Source: an uncultured Acidobacteriota bacterium
GTDB lineage: Bacteria; Acidobacteriota; Blastocatellia; RBC074
Direction: 5' to 3'
Length of the DNA stretch: 64,000 nt
Assembly: GCA_963796275.1 (NCBI GenBank)
Contig: CAWCKY010000006.1
Location: 800,001-864,000 of the forward strand
In this document: positions 21,962 to 31,308 of the stretch, in pieces
How the letters are laid out: the number at the start of each line of letters is the position of its first letter
How positions within the stretch are numbered: the first letter of the stretch is position 1
Made by a program: the position numbers and the translations under genes
The notes under the pieces: model-generated
The model's input: the letters and a program-made list of their open reading frames with translations, nothing else
What the model was told of the DNA's origin: nothing
The model's database searches: none

Positions 21962-22960
21962 ATGACAATATGTCGCGCGTGTTCCAGCGAGATTACCGGA
22001 CCGGACCGCTACTGCCGGATTTGCGGCGTCCAGATCGCCCCAACCGTAGCGGAATTTGATGACACTCGCCGCTTCAACCCAACCGTACCGCCCGATAAAA
22101 CTAATCCCATATACGCTGCGCCGTCCGGCACATATACAGCTCAAGGGTCAGCCTCTTTGTACCGGACGGCGTCGCTCGTCAGGACGCTGCTTAGGCGGAA
22201 GCTCATTTGGGGGTTGATCCTGATCCTGTTCGCTACCTTGATCGGGATGGGGATAGGGATCGGCAGCGCGATAAACGATGGCACTTCACCCGAATGGAGA
22301 GATCCAGCGGAGGCGAGGACAGAAGAGGATGCCATGTCCCGCCGCTATTACGAAGAGGGGGTGCAGAACGCGCTGGGTTTCAAACAGGGTAGTTATTCGA
22401 GGGGTGAATTTCCGGACGCACAGGGAATTTTGGTCAACAACCTGATGAGCGATGACAGTCCCGCCGCGCTCGCGGGAATCCAAGCGGGCGATCTGTTGAC
22501 GGAGCTGAACGGCCAGCAGGTGCGCAATGACAGCGAACTGGCACAGGTTATGAATACGCTGAAGGACGGCGATCAGGTTCCATCCAAGGTTTATCGGGAT
22601 GGAGCCACGATAAGCTCGCGGATCAAGATCGCCAATCGCTCCTTCCCGCCGCTTCAACCAAAGGTCGACCCGGACGATCAGGGCTTCCTGGGGATACTCG
22701 ATTCTTCAAGGCGATGCTGCATCCCGGGTACTAAGAAATGGGGCGTTGAGGTGAACGAGCTGCACGCCAACGGCCCCGCCGAGCTTTTCGGGCTGCGGTC
22801 CGGTGACGTCATCACCGAGTTCAACGGATTTCCGGTGAAGACGCCCAACGAATTCAACCGCCGCATCCGCGCCGTTAAACCGAACAGTAAAGTGCCGTTG
22901 ACGTTTTATCACGGCAACTCCGAACAAAAGATCGACGTGATCCTCGGCCACCGGTGGTAG
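21962..22960 (+). CDS. Membrane protein with N-terminal zinc ribbon and two PDZ domains
   Basis: CxxC...CxxC, one TM helix, SPAALAGIQAGD and GPAELFGLRSGD PDZ signatures; no protease triad seen. Confidence 0.85.
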   Translation: MTICRACSSEITGPDRYCRICGVQIAPTVAEFDDTRRFNPTVPPDKTNPIYAAPSGTYTAQGSASLYRTASLVRTLLRRKLIWGLILILFATLIGMGIGIGSAINDGTSPEWRDPAEARTEEDAMSRRYYEEGVQNALGFKQGSYSRGEFPDAQGILVNNLMSDDSPAALAGIQAGDLLTELNGQQVRNDSELAQVMNTLKDGDQVPSKVYRDGATISSRIKIANRSFPPLQPKVDPDDQGFLGILDSSRRCCIPGTKKWGVEVNELHANGPAELFGLRSGDVITEFNGFPVKTPNEFNRRIRAVKPNSKVPLTFYHGNSEQKIDVILGHRW

Positions 22961-22967
22961 TAACTTG

Positions 22968-23429
22968 TCACCCGGCTTTCTTCAGCAGCATGATCTGCCC
23001 GGCGTGATATACGTGATGACGCACGATGCCATGCAGCAACTGGGCAACCGTGTACTCTTTACCGACGACCGTTGCCTCCGTCGCCACATCGTCCGGTAGC
23101 CCGGCGATCGTTTCTATCAGCCTGCGGTGCGTTTCCTCCATTTTGGTCAATGTCTTTTGCCAGGCCGCTTCGCTCGCGTCGGTCACGGGCGGGAAATCGC
23201 CTTCTTCCGGTTCATTCATGGGCTTGCCTGCCAGCCTGCTGAGGAAGACGCGCTCCCAGGCCGCAATGTGTGACACCAGCTCCCAGATGCTGTGCGAATT
23301 GGCTAGCGGTCGCGCGGCCGCCTGTGCCGCGGTTACGCCCGCGAGAATTTCTTTCAACGAGGGCCCGTGCCAGGCGTCGCCATCGTGAATCTCCTTCAGT
23401 TGATCGATGATTATCTGAATCTGTGACAT
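22968..23429 (-). CDS. DinB family protein
   Basis: AWHGPSL, HSIWELVSH and HHVYHAGQI motifs. Confidence 0.9.
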   Translation of the reverse strand: MSQIQIIIDQLKEIHDGDAWHGPSLKEILAGVTAAQAAARPLANSHSIWELVSHIAAWERVFLSRLAGKPMNEPEEGDFPPVTDASEAAWQKTLTKMEETHRRLIETIAGLPDDVATEATVVGKEYTVAQLLHGIVRHHVYHAGQIMLLKKAG

Positions 23430-23500
23430 AGCCTTTGTTTCTCCTCCTCTGGAAAGCGCCTGTGTACGCACGCCACGCACGCTTCCAGATACTGCTGGCG

Positions 23501-23586
23501 AATCAGTACCGCGAGCGGTAGCGAGCGTGACTTCCAGAGTAAATCCTTTGCGAGAGCCACGCTCGCTACCGCTCGCGGTACTGATT
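23501..23586. repeat. REP-like element with perfect 29-bp inverted arms
   Basis: AATCAGTACCGCGAGCGGTAGCGAGCGTG / CACGCTCGCTACCGCTCGCGGTACTGATT. Confidence 0.85.
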
Positions 23587-23889
23587 TGCTATCCAAAATG
23601 AATTCGCCAGCAAAATCTTCCACCATGCTCGGTTTGGTTCATGATCCGTCGCGCGAAAGTCTGCACGCTGCAAGGATTGGTGCGTACCCAGGCGCTTTCT
23701 CTGATTTCAGCCAAAAAATCCTCTGAATTTCTCTTCATCGGAGTAACTGGTTGTAATGCAATTGACGGTTACAAAATAGACTGATCTGCGTAACCTGTCA
23801 AGATATTATTACCGGTTACTAGAGAAATGCGAGTAAATGTTATGGAAGAGGGGGGCTCACTATGATCGTCGTGGCAGATGGATACACGG

Positions 23890-24012
23890 TTCGGTTTTGG
23901 GATCGGGTTTTCCCATAAGCGAACACAACTTTCGCCTATCGGTCATACCGATTGACGCAAACCTGCTGCTGACAGTCTGTTGCCGATGATAGGACGGCGG
24001 CATTGAACTTGC
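23890..24012 (+). promoter_or_regulatory. Putative upstream activator site plus sigma-54 promoter of permease 1
   Basis: TTCGGTTTTGGGA-N8-TCCCATAAGCGAACAC (23890-23926) and CGGCAT-N5-TTGC (23998-24012). Confidence 0.65.
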
Positions 24013-24077
24013 CCTGCATACAGCGCTGAGGATGTTATTTCTGTCAGGATTGGCGTTTATTTAGGGGGATCAGGAAT

Positions 24078-26573
24078 ATGTTTCGAGAAATGTGGCAGGA
24101 CTCGCATTACGGCGTGCGGATGTTGTTGAAGCAGCCCGGCTTCACGTTGATCGCTGTGCTCACGCTAGCTCTCGGAATCGGCGCGAACACGGCGATCTAC
24201 AGTCTGGTGGACAGGTTGATCGTTCGGTCCTTGCCGGTGAAGGATCCGGCGGCTCTGGTAGTCTTTCAGGGGAAGCTGGTGAACACGGAATCTCGGGTCA
24301 GCACCATCTCAGATTTTTCGTGGGTCGACTATTCAGATTATCGGTCGCGTAATCAGGTCTTCACTGAATTGACGGCTTTCGCTCATTTGCCGGTCAATCT
24401 GGGTAGCGGTGATCAGATGGAGCGTGTGCGCGCCGAGTTAGTCGCCGACAACTATTTCGAAACGTTGGGCGTGCGGCCATCGCTCGGCCGCGATTTTCTG
24501 CCGGATGAGAACAGGACGCCGGGGGCGCATCCGGTTGCGATGATCAGCCACGGTTTATGGCGCAGCCGGTTCGGCGGCGACCCGCGGGTGGTAGGACAAA
24601 CTGTCCCGCTGAACGAGGCGAGCTACACGATCATCGGCGTCACGCCGCCGAGTTACAAAGGCTTGACGATCGAGTCGCCAGCCGACGTGTGGATTCCTGC
24701 GATGATGTTCACTCAGATAGCGAATATGCCGCCAGAAGACAAATGGGTTCGCGAGCCTGATAGTAGTCGATTTTTCAGATTGGCCGGACGTCTCAAACCA
24801 GGGGTGGCGAAAGAGGCGGCGCAGACGGCGATGGATACGATTGCAAGGCAGATTCGGGATTCGCGGATACCTGCAAGCGACCGCAATCTGCTCTTCAATG
24901 AGTATCAAGTACAACTCGTGGCGGCCGGGAAGGGTATTTCGAATTTGCGCGATAAGATCAGGAGGACGCTCGAACTGCTTTTAGCTGTCGTCGGTCTGAT
25001 CTTGCTCATCGCCTGCGCCAACGTCGCCAACTTGTTACTCGCGCGGTCGGCGGCGCGCCGCAAAGAGATCGCCATTCGTCTGGCCTTGGGCGCAGGGCGT
25101 GCGCGATTGGTGAGACAGATGTTGACCGAGAGCCTGATATTGGCGGGATTGGGCGGCACGGCGGGAATGTTGTTGGCGCCGTGGCTGACCGATCTGCTGC
25201 TCTATCAGGCGAGCCCGGAAGCTGCCAACGCCGTTCTCGATCATTCGATCAATTGGCGTGTAGCCGCTTTCACGCTTCTGATCGCATCGCTGACCGGGCT
25301 GCTCTTCGGCCTGATCCCGGCGCTGCAGGCATCCAGGCCCGCTCTGGTTCCGGCGCTCAAGGACGAAAGCGCTTTACGGACGGATAGCCCGAGTTTCAAG
25401 GTTTCCCGGCGAGCCTTGGTTATCGCGCAAGTGGCTTTGTCGGTAATCGTGCTCGTTTGCGCCGGGCTGTTTCTGCGCAGCCTGAGTAAGCTCCTGGCAA
25501 TCGAACCAGGATTCGATCCTGAAAACGTATTGGTCGCCGAACTCGAATTGCCGATGAGCAAATATAGTAAAGAGCGTAGTGAAGAATTTTACCGGCGGTT
25601 GCTCGAACGGTTGAGAGCTCTGCCCGATGTGCAGAGCGTTGCGGCGGCCAATTACACGCCTCTCAGCGGAACCGTCGGTGCCAACACGGTCGTCGTCGAA
25701 GGGCAATCGGTGAAGGCGGAAAACGAATTGCCGACAGTTTTTGGTTACACGGTCAGCGCGGGTTACCACGAATTGATGGGCATCCCATTGCTCGAGGGGC
25801 GCGGTTTCACCGAGGGGGATCGGAAAGGCGCCCCTGGCGTCGCAGTCGTCAACGAAGCATTTGTGCGGCGCTTCTTTCCCAACGGAAGCGCGGTCGGCAG
25901 GCGAGTCAGTCTGGGCATTGGCGAGCCCTGGATGGAGATCGTCGGCGTCACGAGAAATGTCAAGAATCTCGCGCTGCAGTTGGGTGAAGCCGATCCTCAA
26001 CTCGATCTGCCGGTCGCGCAACACCACCTCAGCAACCCACAAAGAATGCTCGTGCGGACGCGCCGGGATACCGCGAATTTGCTGACCTCTGTGAGGCGCG
26101 AGGTGCGCGCATTCGATCCGGGGCTGGCGTTTTTCAAAACGACGACGCTGAAGGATGACCTGCTTGCATCCATAGGCACCCCACGAATGCATGCCGTGTT
26201 GATCAGCCTTTTCGGCGCGGTGGCATTGGTTCTGGCGGCGGTCGGCTTGTATGGCGTCATCGCCTATTCGGTCGCCCACCGCACCCGCGAGATCGGCATT
26301 CGGATGGCGTTGGGTGCGCAAGCGGGCGATGTTTTGAAGCTGGTGATGCGCGAAGGAGGGACGCTGATCGCCGTCGGTCTGTCGATCGGCATGGCGGCTG
26401 CGTGGGGGGCAACCCGATTGATCGCAGGGCACTTGTACGGCGTAAGTCCGACCGATCCGTTGACGTTCGCCGCCATCGCATTGCTGCTTATCATTGTCAC
26501 CTTGCTTGCTTGCTGGATACCGGCCCGGAGGGCGACCAAGGTGGATCCGATGATCGCTCTTCGGTACGAATAA
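24078..26573 (+). CDS. ABC transporter permease, ADOP (acidobacterial duplicated orphan permease, MacB/FtsX) type
   Basis: WQD..YG.RML.KQPGFT, LGIGANTA, LLIACANVANLLL, RTREIGIRMALGA and PARRATKVDPMIALRYE; no ATPase gene nearby. Confidence 0.95.
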   Translation: MFREMWQDSHYGVRMLLKQPGFTLIAVLTLALGIGANTAIYSLVDRLIVRSLPVKDPAALVVFQGKLVNTESRVSTISDFSWVDYSDYRSRNQVFTELTAFAHLPVNLGSGDQMERVRAELVADNYFETLGVRPSLGRDFLPDENRTPGAHPVAMISHGLWRSRFGGDPRVVGQTVPLNEASYTIIGVTPPSYKGLTIESPADVWIPAMMFTQIANMPPEDKWVREPDSSRFFRLAGRLKPGVAKEAAQTAMDTIARQIRDSRIPASDRNLLFNEYQVQLVAAGKGISNLRDKIRRTLELLLAVVGLILLIACANVANLLLARSAARRKEIAIRLALGAGRARLVRQMLTESLILAGLGGTAGMLLAPWLTDLLLYQASPEAANAVLDHSINWRVAAFTLLIASLTGLLFGLIPALQASRPALVPALKDESALRTDSPSFKVSRRALVIAQVALSVIVLVCAGLFLRSLSKLLAIEPGFDPENVLVAELELPMSKYSKERSEEFYRRLLERLRALPDVQSVAAANYTPLSGTVGANTVVVEGQSVKAENELPTVFGYTVSAGYHELMGIPLLEGRGFTEGDRKGAPGVAVVNEAFVRRFFPNGSAVGRRVSLGIGEPWMEIVGVTRNVKNLALQLGEADPQLDLPVAQHHLSNPQRMLVRTRRDTANLLTSVRREVRAFDPGLAFFKTTTLKDDLLASIGTPRMHAVLISLFGAVALVLAAVGLYGVIAYSVAHRTREIGIRMALGAQAGDVLKLVMREGGTLIAVGLSIGMAAAWGATRLIAGHLYGVSPTDPLTFAAIALLLIIVTLLACWIPARRATKVDPMIALRYE

Positions 26574-26852
26574 GCGGGAGATGAACAAGTAGAGCTATAG
26601 GCCAGGTCGGAAGAGCAAATACGAAGAGTAGGCAGTAGACAGCTGGTCAAATTATGGCAACGGTCCAAGCGAACTGATTACCGCTACTGCTTCTTTTGTT
26701 TTCAGTTCATTGTTTTGCTTGACAGACATATCTCGAGCGTTTACAAACACTCTCAGCTTTACCGCTAGTTTTTCTATCCTTGCGAATTCTGTGAACAACA
26801 TCAAGTAGTACGATGTTCATAACCGCTGAACTCAGGTTTTTTCGGAGGAACA

Positions 26853-29800
26853 ATGTCGCGACCTGTAAGCGCACGCACACGCAGAGTTCTCTTATTGACA
26901 ACCTCGCTGTTGTTAATAGTCATATCAACTATTGCACCGCTCAATGCGCAAGAGAACCGCGCCACCATCGTGGGAGCCATAACGGATGCGAATGGGGCGG
27001 CGATACCGAATGCCACCATCAACGTTATCAATATTGAAACCAACAGGGCAACGGCGACGACCTCGAACGAAGCGGGCCTTTACACATTACCTTTTTTGCC
27101 GGTAGGGAAATATCGAGTATCGATCAGCGCCAGCGGCTTGAAGAGCATCGTGCAGGACGGCATCGAACTGCGCGTCGGCGACCGCATCCAGCTCGATTTT
27201 CAGATGGAGGTCGGCCAGGTCTCCGAGACCGTGACGGTGACCGGCCAGGCGCCGCCGCTCGATACGGCGACGGCGAGCCGAGGGCAGGTGATCGATGAAG
27301 AGAAGGTGCGCGATCTGCCGCTGCTTGGCCGCAATCCGTTCCTGCTATCGGCGCTGGCCTCAGGCGTGCAGTATACGCCGTCGATGGGAAGCTTCGCGAA
27401 CCGCCCGTTCGACAACGGTGGGATGGATGCAATCTCGATCAGTGGCGGCCGCCAGCGTTCCAATGAATTCCTGATCGATGGTGCCCCCAACACGACTACG
27501 GAGAATGGCGGAATGGGAGCGCTGGCGTTCGTCCCTTCCCCCGACGCGGTGCAGGAGTTTCGCGTGCAATCAAGTACTTACGACGCGCAGTTCGGGCGCA
27601 CGGGCGGCGGCGCAATCAATGTCAGTCTGAAGAGCGGAACGAATCAGCTTCATGGATCGATCTATCATTACTTTCGCAATGATATTCTTAACGCCAATTC
27701 GTTTCAGAACAACGCGGCCGGATCGAAGCGTACGGCATTCCGTTGGAATCAGCCAGGGGTAGTCATCGATGGGCCGATACGGATCCCCAAAGTTTATAAC
27801 GGGCGCGACCGAACCTTTTTTATGTTCTCGTGGGAGAAGATCATTTCCCGCATCCCCACGCCAGAAACGCGCACCGTGCCCACGTTGGATCAGCGCAATG
27901 GCGATTTTTCCCAGACGTTCAATGCCGATGGCCGGTTAATTACGATCTATGACCCGCTAACCACCCAATGCGTGGGCGACGTCTGCACGCGCATACCATT
28001 TGAAGGTAACAAAATTCCGCTCAATCGGATTAACCCGGTGGCCAATAGGATCCTCGAATACATCCCGCTGCCCAACCGGCCCGGCAATTCGGAGGGCTTC
28101 TCCAATTTTTTCAACAGCCCGAACACGCGCACCGACGAATACGATCAATTCGCCGTGCGCATCGACCATAACCTGAGCGAGATGCACAAACTCTCGGGCC
28201 GCTGGTTGCGCAATAACCGTCACGAATTGCGCGGCCTGGCCGGATACAGACGTGAAGCTTCGCCATTCTTCGCGCATTTTCGCACCAACAAGGGCGGCGG
28301 AATGGATCTGACATCGACGCTGTCGCCGACCCTCGTCTCCAATTTCAAGGTCAATTTCATTCGGCACGAGTTCGGGATCGATCAATTCGGCGACAACTTC
28401 GATATCAGGCAACTGGGTTTTCCGGATGATCTCGCCGGCCAACTGGCACGCCAATTCTTTCCGGGGATCAATATGTCGGACTATTCGAGTTTCGGCGGAC
28501 TCGGCTTCGGCAACGGCAGCACATTCACCGGCAGCGACGTTTCATCGGCATCCGAGACGCTCCATAAGACCATAGGCAGCCACGCCGTCAAATTCGGCGG
28601 CGAGTTGCGCGTCATGCGCGACAATTACATCGCTCCCACCTCGTCGTTCGGTAATTTCGACTTCAACAAAGGCTTCACGCAAGCCGACCCGTTCCGAGGC
28701 GACGCTGCATCCGGCAACGCGTTCGCTTCGTTCCTGCTGGGCATTCCGGCGGGCGGATTCGTTCCGATCAATGCGACCTATAACTATCAGCATACGTACT
28801 ATAGCGCTTTCTTTCAGGACGACTGGCGGGTCAGCCGCAAGCTGACGCTCAATCTGGGGCTGCGCTGGGACTATGAATCGCCGATCACTGAACGATACAA
28901 CCAGCTCAATGCCGGGTTCGATAAGACCGTCGCGAATCCATTCCAGGTGCCCGGGATGTCGCTCAAGGGCGGCCTGCTGTTCGTCGATCGAGAGAGCCGT
29001 TTACCGTACGACCGCGACCTTAACAACTTCGGCCCGCGCATCGGCGTGGCTTATCAGATCGATGAGAAGACCGTCTTTCGCGGCGGCTACGGCTTGAGCT
29101 ATCTGCCCACGTTCGATCGCGGAACGAGTAACGGCTTTTCCGTGTCCACGGGTTATATCGCTTCGATTCAAACTGGCATACCAGCTAATACTCTGAGCGA
29201 TCCGTATCCGGCAGGCCTCTTCACCCCGACCGGCAGTTCGAAAGGTTTGGAGTCGCTGATCGGGCAGGGGGTCGCTTTCTCGACCAGGGATGTGGCGGTA
29301 CCCCACGTCCATCAATTCTCGGCCGGCTTCCAGCGCGAGATTCCGTGGGGTATGGTGTTGGATATCTCATATATCGGGAGCCGCACCAGAAAAATGAGCA
29401 TCGGGCGGGCGATCAACGAGGTCTCGGCCGCCGACCTGGCCCGCGGCGCTGCGTATCTGGATGAGAGATTACCGAACCCATTCTACGGCCTGGTGCCCGG
29501 AACGGGGCTGAATGAACGGCTTGTATCCCGCTACCAATTATTGCGGCCATATCCGCAGTATGGCGGTATAACGGAAGGCGGACTGGCGCTCGGCCGCGCT
29601 TGGTACAACTCAATGCAATTGCGCGTCGAGAAGCGGCTCTCCAATGGTCTCCATTTCCTCTTGAGTTATACTTTTTCGAAGAACATGGAAGCGCTCGGGT
29701 ATCTGAATGCGCAGGACCCGATCGATCAGCTCGCTTCGGTCATCACGGGCGATGATGCGCCGCATCGTATGATGTTCAGCTCAGGATACGATCTGCCGCT

Positions 29801-30305
29801 CTTCAGGAACAGCAACAGATGGTTGCGAAACATCGCGGGAGGCTGGAAGTTTAACGGGATCGCCGTGATGCAATCCGGTTTGCCGATAGGCGCCCCGGAC
29901 GGGGTTAATATGCTGGGTGATCCGCGCCTGCCTGAAGGGCAAGAAACTCGTGAACGATGGATCAACACCTGCACGTTGAAGGTTGATGGCGAGAGGCAAA
30001 ACTGCCTGGAGGGCGATAGACCGGTTTTCCAGCTTCAACAGCCTTTCTCGCTGCGCAGTCACAGCGTGCGATTTCCGGGCTTGCGCACGCGCAGCCCGCT
30101 GCAGATGGACCTCTCACTTTTCAAGACTTTCCGGGTCAAAGAAAAGTTGGCTCTGCAATTTCGCGCTGAGGCGTTCAACTTCGCCAACACGCCGTGGTTC
30201 GGAGGGCCGAACCTGGATGTAAATTCCACCTCTTTCGGAGTCGTGACGCCGTCCCAGGCCAATGATAATCGCAACGTACAATTGGCATTGAAGATCATCT
30301 TTTAA
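26853..30305 (+). CDS. Oar-like TonB-dependent transporter
   Basis: CarboxypepD_reg N-terminus, VQEFRVQSSTYDAQFGR, FFQDDWRV and C-terminal QLALKIIF. Confidence 0.95.
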   Translation: MSRPVSARTRRVLLLTTSLLLIVISTIAPLNAQENRATIVGAITDANGAAIPNATINVINIETNRATATTSNEAGLYTLPFLPVGKYRVSISASGLKSIVQDGIELRVGDRIQLDFQMEVGQVSETVTVTGQAPPLDTATASRGQVIDEEKVRDLPLLGRNPFLLSALASGVQYTPSMGSFANRPFDNGGMDAISISGGRQRSNEFLIDGAPNTTTENGGMGALAFVPSPDAVQEFRVQSSTYDAQFGRTGGGAINVSLKSGTNQLHGSIYHYFRNDILNANSFQNNAAGSKRTAFRWNQPGVVIDGPIRIPKVYNGRDRTFFMFSWEKIISRIPTPETRTVPTLDQRNGDFSQTFNADGRLITIYDPLTTQCVGDVCTRIPFEGNKIPLNRINPVANRILEYIPLPNRPGNSEGFSNFFNSPNTRTDEYDQFAVRIDHNLSEMHKLSGRWLRNNRHELRGLAGYRREASPFFAHFRTNKGGGMDLTSTLSPTLVSNFKVNFIRHEFGIDQFGDNFDIRQLGFPDDLAGQLARQFFPGINMSDYSSFGGLGFGNGSTFTGSDVSSASETLHKTIGSHAVKFGGELRVMRDNYIAPTSSFGNFDFNKGFTQADPFRGDAASGNAFASFLLGIPAGGFVPINATYNYQHTYYSAFFQDDWRVSRKLTLNLGLRWDYESPITERYNQLNAGFDKTVANPFQVPGMSLKGGLLFVDRESRLPYDRDLNNFGPRIGVAYQIDEKTVFRGGYGLSYLPTFDRGTSNGFSVSTGYIASIQTGIPANTLSDPYPAGLFTPTGSSKGLESLIGQGVAFSTRDVAVPHVHQFSAGFQREIPWGMVLDISYIGSRTRKMSIGRAINEVSAADLARGAAYLDERLPNPFYGLVPGTGLNERLVSRYQLLRPYPQYGGITEGGLALGRAWYNSMQLRVEKRLSNGLHFLLSYTFSKNMEALGYLNAQDPIDQLASVITGDDAPHRMMFSSGYDLPLFRNSNRWLRNIAGGWKFNGIAVMQSGLPIGAPDGVNMLGDPRLPEGQETRERWINTCTLKVDGERQNCLEGDRPVFQLQQPFSLRSHSVRFPGLRTRSPLQMDLSLFKTFRVKEKLALQFRAEAFNFANTPWFGGPNLDVNSTSFGVVTPSQANDNRNVQLALKIIF

Positions 30306-30501
30306 AGGGAATGATTCATCAAAAAAGAACACAAAGAAGATACGAGTCGCTTTGCCCATTACAGGTATTTGTTGTCTGGGTATGTCTAGTGCATCTAAGC
30401 ATCGCCTGTTAATCGAAAACTTATCATGACCTTATTAAGAGGTGATTGGACAATCGAAAAGCGGACCTTATTCAAGGTGCGCTGCACGACGAGAAACGTA
30501 C

Positions 30502-30858
30502 GTTTGGAGTTCCGCCTTCAGGCGGTCAGGAAATCGCTTGCGAATAGAAAAAGACCGCGTAAACGCGGAACTCCAAACGCGATGCTCAAACGCGATGTTT
30601 GGAGTTCCGCCTTCAGGCGGTCAGAACATCATGTGCGGAATGAAAAGACCGCGTAAACGCGGAACACCAAAGCGAATTCTCAAGCGCGATGTTTGGAGTT
30701 CCGCCTTCAGGCGATCAGGAAATCATGTGCGGAATGAAAAGACCGCGTAAACGCGGAACTCCAAGCGAATTCTCAAGCGCGATGTTTGGAGTTCCGCCTT
30801 CAGGCGGTCAGGAAATCATGCGAATAGAAAAAGACCGCGTAAACGCGGAACTCCAAAC
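30502..30858. repeat. BIME-like array of four 93-95-bp units, each an inverted REP doublet
   Basis: Units start at 30502, 30597, 30691 and 30784: GTTTGGAGTTCCGCCTTCAGGCGG ... CCGCGTAAACGCGGAACTCCAAAC. Confidence 0.9.
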
Positions 30859-30966
30859 GCGCTTCAATGTTCAGGGCGTCATCCGGCGACATTTCGAACT
30901 TCTTGAAAATAGTTTGGATTTCTCGACGGTCCAGTCGATTACGCTCCCCTATACATAATCTTACTG

Positions 30967-31089
30967 GCCGATTTTGGGAAGGATCGATCCCAAAGTCGAA
31001 CACCTGCATTCTCGATCTTACACCAAACCTCAACTCAACCTGAATTATTCTGCAATTTAGCTCGGCAATGGCAGTGGCACGGTTTTGGC
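30967..31089 (+). promoter_or_regulatory. Putative upstream activator site plus sigma-54 promoter of the permease 2 locus
   Basis: GCCGATTTTGGGA-N8-TCCCAAAGTCGAACAC (30967-31003) and TGGCAC-N5-TGGC (31075-31089). Confidence 0.65.
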
Positions 31090-31185
31090 TACTTCACTGG
31101 CAGGAATTGTTGTTGCCGCCGAGCGATTACTGCCCGGCTGCTTTCCATCTACTATACCAATGTTTCGAAAACGAGGAGAGAAAAC

Positions 31186-31284
31186 ATGCCGAGAGAAATG
31201 ATGGATCGGCTTTACCACGGCTATCTTCAGCCGGCCTGGCGAGCCAGCAGACTCGATCTGATGGTGGCAATCAGAGACGAGTAG
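31186..31284 (+). pseudogene. 32-aa mini-ORF retaining an ADOP permease C-terminal tail
   Basis: RBS GAGGAG; MPREMMDRLYHGYLQPAWRASRLDLMVAIRDE* compared with the permease tails PARRATKVDPMIALRYE and PAWRATKVDPMTALRCD. Confidence 0.75.
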
Positions 31285-31308
31285 GGCGAAAAAGGAGCGT
31301 CCTGGAGT

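Noticed and set aside
30502-30858. CRISPR array
   Set aside because: The 'spacers' are near-copies of each other, repeats alternate in orientation, the same doublet occurs solo at 6431, and there are no cas genes.
30426-31033. Short ORFs overlapping the repeat array
   Set aside because: They are translations of REP units (repeating WSSAFRR / FGVPPSGG) with no independent coding signal.
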